Part shown: positions 1 to 6,943 of the stretch, piece after piece
Numbering within the stretch: the first letter of the stretch is position 1
Layout of the letters: each line of letters opens with the position of its first letter
The notes under the pieces: model-generated
Database searches by the model: none
Seen by the model: only the letters and a program-made list of their open reading frames with translations
What the model was told of the DNA's origin: nothing
Assembly: GCA_040081625.1 (NCBI GenBank)
Contig: JBEBGD010000145.1
Coordinates: forward strand, 1-11,331
DNA from: Chthoniobacteraceae bacterium
Lineage (GTDB): Bacteria; Verrucomicrobiota; Verrucomicrobiia; Chthoniobacterales; Chthoniobacteraceae
Direction of reading: 5' to 3'
DNA: 11,331 nucleotides
Translations under genes and position numbers: made by a program

Positions 1-123
1 GGGGTAAGACACATGGGTGAGTTCAAAGGCTTCGATTTTATCACCGTATTTCAGGGTGTAACCGATATCATCCAGTCCTTCGACCAAGCATTTCTTACGG
101 TAAGGGTCAATTTCAAACAATTG
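1..123 (-). CDS. leuD: C-terminal fragment of 3-isopropylmalate dehydratase small subunit (LeuD); partial, foreign composition, probably a chimeric join
   Basis: Minus-strand translation gives (Q)LFEIDPYRKKCLVEGLDDIGYTLKYGDKIEAFELTHVSYP. This matches the conserved LeuD C-terminal motif F.ID.(F/Y)RK.CL..GLDDIG.TL. Hand count of bases 1-120 gives 52 G+C (43%), against about 70% in the rest of the window. No stop codon before the window edge. The junction position is uncertain (about 118-130). Confidence 0.85.
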
Positions 124-1737
124 TACGGGCTGGCCGGGGAGGGTGAGGGGGACGAGGGCGCGGCCAAAGGCATCGATCTGCCCGCGGAAGGACTTGGCCA
201 CCGCGCCTTGCATGAACTTCCCGCTGAAGGCGCCCGTGCGCCCGAGGCTGAGGGTGACCTGCCCCCCGGCGCCGGTGCCACCGAGGAAAGTGCCGCTGAG
301 GGTGATGGCGGGCAGGCGGATGGGGTCGTTGTCGAGCACCTCCACCTCGCAGGCGATGAAACCCAATCCACGGGTGTAGAGGCCGGCACCTTCGAGGATG
401 TTGAGCGTGTAGCGCCGACCGGGGGTGAAGACTTCGTCGTCCGGCGGGGTGATCTGGGCCGGGAGCACGAAGCCCCCGAGCGCTTCGCCGAGGGTCTGGA
501 TGGAGGTCGCGCCGCTCGGGTCGGTGACCTGCACTTCGACCGGGAACGGGTCGCGGTGGATGAAGGCGCGGACGAGCTGAACGAGAGTGGTCTGGCCTTC
601 CACGGCCTGCACGGTGGGGAGGGCGAAGCGGACGTGGTCGGCGGCCTGAAAGGCGACGGAGACCCGGGCGATGCCGGTGGTCGGGTTCGGGCCGCCCTGC
701 TTGCCTGCGACCATGATGAGGTAGCTGCTGGCGGTGAGCGTGGCGCTGCGGCTGGTGGCGTCCCCGCCGCCATCGTCGTCGAGGGAGAGCGTGGCGCCGC
801 TGAAGCCGTCGAGCACGGCGAGCACGGTATCGAAGGTGGAGCCCGCCGTGGAGAAGACCGCGCGCCCCGGGCCGGGGGCCGTCCAGCGGAACCAGACGCT
901 GGCGTTTTCCATGCCGCCGGTCACGCTCGGGTCGGTGGAGAGGTTCTTCAGCGCGCCGAAGGTATCCACCCGCGGGCTCACGGTGCGGCCCGTGAAGTCG
1001 AGGGCGGTCTCGCGTTCGTCGGGCAGGAGGCGGTAGTCGAGGCGGTCGCCGGTGACGACGTAGGGCGCGGAGCTGTTGCCGCCGGCAAAGTGGGGCTGGA
1101 GGCGGCGGGTGCTGCTCTGCCCGCCCGGTTCGCGGAGACCAAGGGTGGCGCTTGAGGCGAAGCTGGAGTTGGCGTTGCCGACCTGGGTGTCCGGGTAAAA
1201 GCAGGTGATGGAGCCGTCTTCGCGGAGGATCGCCTGGAAGGTGATCGTCTGCCCGCCGATGCCGACCACGCCCACGCGATCCCACTCGAGGACGATCTCC
1301 TTCACGCCATCGACCGTGCGCTTGAGCAGCCAGAGCCCGCCCGGCTGGCCAGCGCGGAAGATGAGGTCGTCCCAATAGGCGGCGATGGCCGGGAGATCGG
1401 GGGAGAGGGCCACGAAGGTGAAGTCCACGTTGGCGAAGCTGGTGCTGCCCACCGTGCCGGGGAAGATGAGGCCATTGCTGCTGAAGGAGACATGGGTATA
1501 GTCCACGCCGTAGAAGGGGAAGGTGAAGCCGAGGGGCAGGTCGCGGACGATGTCGTCCTGGTCCTGGATGGGGTTATCCCCCGCCACCGGGAACGCCCCC
1601 GGCGTTCCGACGATGGAGGCAAAGGGCTGCGTGCTGGCCGCCCGCGTATAGACGTAGCCCGCCCCATCCGGCCCGCCGCTTTCCGCAAAGGCGAGAGAAG
1701 TGATAGCGAGGAGCAGGCAGCGCAGCGGCGTCTTCAT
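124..1737 (-). CDS. Secreted multidomain surface/adhesin-like protein (nidogen/NIDO-like + PPC-like + Calx-beta-like + start of a beta-rich C-terminal domain); 3' end truncated at the leuD junction
   Basis: Translated by hand in the minus frame absent from the ORF track: ATG at 1737-1735, no stop down to base 1. Signal peptide MKTPLRCLLLAITSLAFA. NIDO-like motifs GGPDGAGY, LPLGFTFPFYGVDYTHVSFSSNGLIF and IAAYWDDL. PPC-like SVWFRWTAPGPGRAVFSTAGSTFDTVLAV...DDDGGG. Calx-beta-like VRFALPTVQAVEG...DDEVF...EVEVLDND. Then GQVTLSLGRTGAFSGKFMQGAVAKSFRGQIDAFG. Strong third-position G/C bias in this frame. Domain names come from motif recall, not a search. Confidence 0.85.
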
Positions 1738-1778
1738 GGCGCGCGCAGAGTCGCACGGGAACGCGCGATGCCAAGCCA

Positions 1779-1894
1779 ATGGAGCGCCGCCGTCCCCGGT
1801 GGCCACGAACACTCCTTCCCGCGCAGCGGGCCATTTCCTCGAAGCGTGGCGCTGCGCGCGCCGCGGATGGCCGGCAAGGACGCCGGCGCTCCAT
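1779..1894. repeat. Inverted pair of GGAG-type REP sequences (REPIN/BIME-like doublet)
   Basis: 1779-1805 (atGGAGcgccgccgtccccggtggcca) and the reverse complement of 1868-1894 (atGGAGcgccggcgtccttgccggcca) are 22/27 identical. Each has a 7-bp hairpin with a TCCY loop just after GGAG-C. An inner perfect 9-bp inverted repeat is formed by cgcgcagcg (1820-1828) and cgctgcgcg (1850-1858). The element is intergenic. Confidence 0.8.
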
Positions 1895-1903
1895 CGTCGC
1901 CGG

Positions 1904-2848
1904 CTACTTCTTCAGCCGCTCGACCAGATACGCGTCGATGCTCGCGTGCTTCACGTCCGGCGCGCCGGGATACACCAGCTCGCACTCGACGCCGATCTTG
2001 CGGCAGTGTTTCTTCAGCATCACGCCGTAGTTGGCAGTGTGAGTCGGGTCCTTCTGCTCCTGCCCGATCGCCGGCGGCGCGCTGTAGATGAGATACACCG
2101 GCGGATCGTCCACGCTCACGTGCTCGTAGGGCGAGTATTTCTTGATCCACGGCAGCACCGTCTCGCGCGCGGCGAGGAACTCCGCGAACCGCGTGTCGCG
2201 CGTCTTCGTGTCCTTCGGGTCCATGAAGCCGAACGCGTGTCCGCCGTAGCGGCTGTTCGGCGTCCACTCGACGAGCTGCTTCGGGTCGAGCGAAGTCTGC
2301 GCGCCCGTCACCGCCGCGCACCACAGCCGGGTGGATTCGCGCGCGACCGGGTCGCTCGATTTCGGGTCCGCCATGTCGCGGTGAAAGGCCAGCCACAGCG
2401 ACGAGCACGCGCCCGCCGAGCCGCCGCTCGCGCCGATGCGTTTCTTGTCGATGTTCCATTCCTTCGCCTTGCTGCGGACGAATTGCAGCGCGCGCGCCGC
2501 GTCCTCGAGCGGCGCTTTCACCGGCGGCTTCACGCCGTCGATCTGCGCCTGCCACGAGTAGCGGTAATTGATCGAGACGACCGAGATGCCCGCGGCGAGA
2601 TAAGGCTTCACGCTCGCGCCCGTGCGCCCGCCTTTATCGCCGCCCACCCAACCGCCGCCGTGGATGAAGAAGAGCAGCGGCGTGGGCTTGTCGGACTCGG
2701 CTTTGTAGAAGTCGAGCACCTGCCGCTCGTGCGTGCCGTAGGCCACATCGGCGAGCGTCGGCTTCGGACCGGACGCCGGCGTCGGTGTCGGGTCGGCCGC
2801 GTGGAGTGTGGCGACGGCGAGGAGCGGGAGGAGGGAGCGGCGGAGCAT
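1904..2848 (-). CDS. Secreted alpha/beta-hydrolase fold esterase (HSL/BD-FAE-like)
   Basis: 314 aa. Signal peptide MLRRSLLPLLAVATLHA. Motifs YG.HERQVLDFY, oxyanion FIHGGGW, SINYR, and nucleophile elbow GGSAG. Confidence 0.9.
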   Translation of the reverse strand: MLRRSLLPLLAVATLHAADPTPTPASGPKPTLADVAYGTHERQVLDFYKAESDKPTPLLFFIHGGGWVGGDKGGRTGASVKPYLAAGISVVSINYRYSWQAQIDGVKPPVKAPLEDAARALQFVRSKAKEWNIDKKRIGASGGSAGACSSLWLAFHRDMADPKSSDPVARESTRLWCAAVTGAQTSLDPKQLVEWTPNSRYGGHAFGFMDPKDTKTRDTRFAEFLAARETVLPWIKKYSPYEHVSVDDPPVYLIYSAPPAIGQEQKDPTHTANYGVMLKKHCRKIGVECELVYPGAPDVKHASIDAYLVERLKK

Positions 2849-2875
2849 GGCGGGTGAACCCGCGCCGCGTGCGCG

Positions 2876-4156
2876 CTATTTGACCAATTCGCCCAGCAGC
2901 AGAATCGCGCCCGGATAAAATGCCGTCCCGACGAACCGCTCCGGCTTGTCCATCGTCATCGCGCGCTTCGCGAGGATCGCGACCTTGTCCGGCTGCTCGG
3001 GATGAATATCGATCTTCACCGTGTGCACCGCGTCGGGCAGATCGGTGCCGATGAGCAGCGTGTTGAGCCGGAAGGATGAGCAGTAGGGATCGAAGCCCGT
3101 CCGCACCGTCGCCTTGCCATCGAGCGTGATAGTCACCTGCCCGCTGTCCGGCCCGACGATGTGAAAGATGCCGGCGCGCGTGCCCTTGAACTTGAAGCTG
3201 ATCGACTCGCCCGGCTTCGTCGCACAGTGCAGGTCCTTGAGCCGGGTGAACCGCTTCGCCAGGTCGTCCTTCGCCGCGTCGGCTTTCGAGAAGCCGGACG
3301 AGAGCGTCGCGGCGCTGATCGGCACGAGCTTCGCGTGCTCGTAGTTGTCCGCTGCGAGCGGCGTGCCGAGCGGGTGCGCGCCCGCCTTCCCCGAAGCCGC
3401 GCGGATCGGCCCGAGCGAACGCACGATCGCCGCGAGGTAAAGCTCGTGCCCGGTCTCGGGATACGGATGCACGCTGTCCGGCGCGAAGACGAACTTGCCG
3501 CCCAGCGCCTTCTTCTCCTCGTCGGTCTTCGGCAGCGCGGCCTTCCACACGAGCCGCCGTTCCTTCACCAGCTTCGCGACCTCCATCGCCATGTGGATGG
3601 ATGGGATGCCGTAGTGCTCCGCCACGCGCTCCATCGCGCTCGCCGCGCGGGGAAATTGATCCTCGGTCAGCGGCCGCACGAGTGCCTCGGTGATCGTATA
3701 GACGAAGCAGATGTCGCTCTCCGGGAGCGCCCGCCACGCCTGCCGCACGATGCCTTCCATGCAGCGGATGACCTGCTGCGGCACCGCGCCGCCGTCGTTC
3801 ACCGCGAACTCGACGAAGATCAAATCGGGCGCGTGATCGAGCACGTCCTGCTTCACGCGGAAGACGCCGAGGTCCGAGCCCGTGCCGCCGATCGCGGCAT
3901 TGACCTCGCTGAACTTCGCCCCGGGAAACGTCGTGCGCAGATGCTCGAGCGACTTCACGCGCCAGCCCGGCTGCGCGGTGATCGATCCGCCGAGATACGC
4001 GATCTTGAGCTGCGCGCCCGGCTTCGCGGCCTTCGCGAGGAAGTTCGGCAGGCCTTTTCGCGGCGTGCATTCGACGGCCGGCGCGAGCGGAAAATCTTGG
4101 GCGCGCGCGACGATGGCAAGCGCGAGGATGAGGAGCGTGGGGGTTGGGGAGGACAT
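2876..4156 (-). CDS. Secreted SGNH/GDSL hydrolase family protein with C-terminal beta-sandwich domain
   Basis: SGNH blocks: YLGGSIT (I), AAIGGTGS (II), VEFAVND (III), DSVHP (V). Start moved from 4276 to the ATG at 4156 (MSSPTPTLLILALAIVARA, signal peptide; 426 aa), because the upstream 40 codons run through intergenic/MITE sequence. The C-terminal part (SISFKFKGT...GPDSGQVTITLDG...HTVKI) is a beta-rich accessory domain. Only 27 bp separate it from the downstream esterase, which suggests co-transcription. Confidence 0.9.
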   Translation of the reverse strand: MSSPTPTLLILALAIVARAQDFPLAPAVECTPRKGLPNFLAKAAKPGAQLKIAYLGGSITAQPGWRVKSLEHLRTTFPGAKFSEVNAAIGGTGSDLGVFRVKQDVLDHAPDLIFVEFAVNDGGAVPQQVIRCMEGIVRQAWRALPESDICFVYTITEALVRPLTEDQFPRAASAMERVAEHYGIPSIHMAMEVAKLVKERRLVWKAALPKTDEEKKALGGKFVFAPDSVHPYPETGHELYLAAIVRSLGPIRAASGKAGAHPLGTPLAADNYEHAKLVPISAATLSSGFSKADAAKDDLAKRFTRLKDLHCATKPGESISFKFKGTRAGIFHIVGPDSGQVTITLDGKATVRTGFDPYCSSFRLNTLLIGTDLPDAVHTVKIDIHPEQPDKVAILAKRAMTMDKPERFVGTAFYPGAILLLGELVK

Positions 4157-4218
4157 AGCGCCCGGGCAGACTGCGCGGGGGAGGCCAGCGACTGCAATCA
4201 TTGAATCCGGGCTTCTAA

Positions 4219-4348
4219 CGGCCTGTTGGAAAACTCGACGCCCCGGCGGTGGTCCACAGATTGCGCCGATTTTCACAGAGAAGCTGAACGGATTGCCGGG
4301 ACCAACCTGTGTCCATCCGTGAAATCTGTGGACGACTTCAACAGTCTC
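4219..4348. mobile_element. Putative 130-bp MITE with degenerate IS5/IS1182-like ends and CTAA target duplication
   Basis: Left end cggcCTGTTGgaaaactc; right end read on the reverse complement gagaCTGTTGaagtcgtc. The CTGTTG core starts at base 5 at both ends. Direct repeat CTAA at 4215-4218 and 4349-4352. No transposase in the window. Family assignment is from recall of ...CTGTTGAAAAA-type IS ends. Confidence 0.55.
4252..4333. repeat. Inverted pair of CCACAGAT-type repeats inside the MITE-like element
   Basis: 4252-4279 (gtccacagattgcgccgattttcacaga) and the reverse complement of 4306-4333 (gtccacagatttcacggatggacacagg) are 21/28 identical, with the first 11 bases perfect. Each arm has internal reiteration of CAC(A/G)GAT-like units. 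Confidence 0.75.
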
Positions 4349-6874
4349 CTAAAAATCGATCGCCTTCGGCGGCGCGAGCTTGATCGGCACTTCCGGTCCA
4401 GTCGCTTCGGCGCCGCGCACCGGCTCCGCACGCCGCACCTCCGGGCCGGCGGCTTCACCGGGCGCCGGGACCTGCCCGGTGTTGTCCATCGGCGCGAGCT
4501 GGCCGCTGAGTGCTTTCAAGGCGACGGCGTTGTTGAGCGCGAGGGTCGAGTTGTAGGGATCGAGGTCGCCGACGACGGTCGGGCCCTGCATCGCCACCGG
4601 GGCCCGCGTCGTGAGATCGACGACGGCGGTGGCGCGCGGCCACTCGCCCGCGGCGACGCTGCGCACATTGCTGCGCACGCCGCCGCCGTGGATGTCGCAG
4701 AGGTCCTTCGGCGTCTGCTCCTCGGTCGCCAGCTCGAAGTAGGTCGTGCGCCGCTGCACCGACTCGCCGGTCTCCGCGTTCACCAGCGTGTCCGAGCATT
4801 TCGGCGTCGCGCGCAGTCCGCTCGACGAGCAGATCTCGATGCTCTTCAAGCCCGCGGGCCGCGCGATCTCCCCGGGGTGATGATCGACGAAACTCGCGCG
4901 CATCACTTCCGCCCACACCGGCAGCGCGATGTCGTGGCTGAACGCGCCGCGGTAGATCGTGCGCGGTTTGTCGAAGCCGATCCACACCCCGCACGTCACC
5001 GCACTCGAATAGCCGAGGAACCACAGGTCGGTGAAGTTGTAAGCCGTGCCCGTCTTGCCCCCGAGCGCGAACTTCTTGAGCCCGAGTTCGGTGAACGCGC
5101 TGTCCGCCGTCCCGCGCTCGAGCACGTCGGCGAGGCACGAATGGACCTCGAACGCCGCCGCCGGCCGCAGCACGCGCACCTGCTCCGGCTTCGCCTTGTA
5201 AATGGTCTGCCCATCCGGGTCCTGGATGCTCGCGATGATCCACGGCTTTTTGGGCCGCACGCCGCCGGTCGCGAACATCGTGTTCGCGCCCGTCATCTCG
5301 AGCAGCGTGACTTCGCTCGAGCCGAGGAAGCTCGATGGATACTGCCGCAGCGGGCTGTCGATGCCCGCGGCCTTGGCGAGCGTGCCGAGGCGTGCGAGCG
5401 AATCCTTGAGATCCTTTCCGACCATCATCCCGAGCCGCACCGAAGCCGCGTTCTTCGATTTCACCAGCGCCTCGCGGGCGGAGATGTTGCCCTCGTATTT
5501 GTTGTCCATCCGCTCCGGTCCCCACTCGCCGAGGATGCCCGTGAGACCGCCGATCATCACCTGCCGGTTGTCCATCACCTCGTCCTTCACGAGCGAGCCG
5601 GGGAAGAGCCCGCTCTCGAACGCCGCCGCATACACGATCGGCTTGAACGCCGTGCCCGACGGACGCCGCGCGAGCAGCGCGCGGTTGAATTCGCTGTGCG
5701 AAAAGTCGCGCCCGCCGACGACGGCGAGGATGCCGCCATTCGTGTTGTCGAGCACCACGATCGAGCCCTGAAGGTATTCCGGCGGCGCGATCGTGTCGAT
5801 CTCACCATCCGGTCCCGGCGGCTTCTTCGCCCACGCCTTCCACTTCGCGTCGTAGTCGGAAAACTTCTGTCCCTCGAACAGCTCATGCCGCTCTACGCTC
5901 GCGAGTTGCTCGCGCAGGGCCTGCTCGGCTTTCTTCTGCAGCCCGGTGTCGATCGTCGTGAAGATGCGGTAGCCATCGCTCACGGCCGCATCGCGCCCGA
6001 CGAGCTTCTCGACCTGCGTCGCGACGAGATCCGCCGCGTAGCTCTCCTGGTGCGTGGGCCGGCGGTTCTTCACCGCGAGATCCTCGCGCACCGTGCGCTC
6101 GTATTCCTCGCGCGTGATGAAATCGAGTTCACGCGCGCGCTGGAGCACGTAGTTGCGCGAGTCGATGCACGCCTTGCGGTCGCGCCATGGCGAGAGATTG
6201 CTCGGGCTCTTGAGCAGCCCCGCGAGCGTCGCCGCCTCCGAGAGGTTCAGGTCCTTTGCACGCTTGCCGAAGTAGCCGCGCGCCGCCGCCTCCGCGCCGT
6301 AGAATCCCGAGCCGAAGAAGACCCGGTTGAGATACAGCTCGAGGATCTTCTGCTTGCTGCCGAGCCGGTCCTCGATCTCCCGCGCCACGAAAATCTCGAG
6401 CAGCTTGCGCTGGTAAGTGCGGTCATTCGGCGGGAGCTGCGCCGGGAAGGTGTTGCGCGCGAGCTGCTGCGTGATCGTGCTCGCGCCCTGCTTGGATTTC
6501 TTGCTCCGAAAATTGGTCACCGCCGCCCGCACGATGCCGATGAAGTCCCACCCGTGGTGTTTGTAATACCGCGCATCCTCCGCTGCGACCACCGCCGTGA
6601 TGAGGTTCGCGGAGATCTCCGTGATCGGCACCTGGTCGCGGTTCTGGATGAAGATGCGCCCGAGCACGTTCCCGCCGCGGTCGTAGATGATCGACGCCGA
6701 CTCCATGTCATCAAGCCGCGAATAATCGAAAGCCTTCGCCATCGTCTCCCAGCGCCCCTTTTCCACCAGCCCCCAGATCCCGCCCGCAAAGAGCAGGATG
6801 AAAAGCAGCGTGAGCGTGGCGAGAAACCACGGACGGCGATAGAAGCGAGGGCGCGCCCGGATGAGGTCCAGCAT
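4349..6874 (-). CDS. mrcA: Class A penicillin-binding protein (PBP1A family: transglycosylase + transpeptidase-like domain)
   Basis: 841 aa with an N-terminal TM anchor. GT51 motifs EDARYYKHHG, GASTITQQLARN, RKLLE and KQKILELYLN. Transpeptidase motifs: GTAFKP (SxxK position, here TxxK), SKN and KTG. The gene symbol is a family-level assignment. Confidence 0.92.
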   Translation of the reverse strand: MLDLIRARPRFYRRPWFLATLTLLFILLFAGGIWGLVEKGRWETMAKAFDYSRLDDMESASIIYDRGGNVLGRIFIQNRDQVPITEISANLITAVVAAEDARYYKHHGWDFIGIVRAAVTNFRSKKSKQGASTITQQLARNTFPAQLPPNDRTYQRKLLEIFVAREIEDRLGSKQKILELYLNRVFFGSGFYGAEAAARGYFGKRAKDLNLSEAATLAGLLKSPSNLSPWRDRKACIDSRNYVLQRARELDFITREEYERTVREDLAVKNRRPTHQESYAADLVATQVEKLVGRDAAVSDGYRIFTTIDTGLQKKAEQALREQLASVERHELFEGQKFSDYDAKWKAWAKKPPGPDGEIDTIAPPEYLQGSIVVLDNTNGGILAVVGGRDFSHSEFNRALLARRPSGTAFKPIVYAAAFESGLFPGSLVKDEVMDNRQVMIGGLTGILGEWGPERMDNKYEGNISAREALVKSKNAASVRLGMMVGKDLKDSLARLGTLAKAAGIDSPLRQYPSSFLGSSEVTLLEMTGANTMFATGGVRPKKPWIIASIQDPDGQTIYKAKPEQVRVLRPAAAFEVHSCLADVLERGTADSAFTELGLKKFALGGKTGTAYNFTDLWFLGYSSAVTCGVWIGFDKPRTIYRGAFSHDIALPVWAEVMRASFVDHHPGEIARPAGLKSIEICSSSGLRATPKCSDTLVNAETGESVQRRTTYFELATEEQTPKDLCDIHGGGVRSNVRSVAAGEWPRATAVVDLTTRAPVAMQGPTVVGDLDPYNSTLALNNAVALKALSGQLAPMDNTGQVPAPGEAAGPEVRRAEPVRGAEATGPEVPIKLAPPKAIDF

Positions 6875-6943
6875 GGAATCGGGGGGCGTTACTCACACGG
6901 GAGAAAGGTGGACGCAAGCGGCGAGCGCGTGACACTGCCCGCA
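6875..6943. promoter_or_regulatory. Short divergent intergenic region expected to hold promoters for the PBP and methyltransferase genes
   Basis: 69 bp between head-to-head start codons at 6874 (-) and 6944 (+). Inferred from gene geometry only; I cannot identify convincing -35/-10 boxes. Confidence 0.35.

Noticed and set aside
13..1688. ORFs 13..1155(+), 51..773(-), 113..1375(-), 1302..1688(-) and others
   Set aside because: These are shadow or off-frame ORFs of the real minus-strand gene starting at 1737. Their composition is skewed to Ser/Pro, Arg/His or Gly/Glu and they carry no motifs.
1..1737. A genuine novel adhesin-LeuD fusion protein
   Set aside because: Only about 40 LeuD residues are present, the GC break is abrupt, the cellular compartments are incompatible, and it sits at the window edge. 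An artefact is much more likely.
1700..4204. ORFs 1700..2857(+), 1734..2555(-), 2634..4070(-) and 3161..4204(+)
   Set aside because: They overlap the two well-supported esterase genes and are Arg-rich alternative-frame artefacts.
4157..4276. 40-aa N-terminal extension of the SGNH ORF from 4276
   Set aside because: It runs through intergenic and MITE sequence and would bury the signal peptide that starts at 4156.
4226..6943. N-terminal 906 aa of the 1246-aa plus-strand ORF (apparent giant methyltransferase fusion)
   Set aside because: It is the antisense shadow of the PBP in the same codon register, with Arg/Ala-rich and motif-free sequence. The recognisable MidA protein begins at ATG 6944. 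Long stop-free antisense frames are expected at this GC content.
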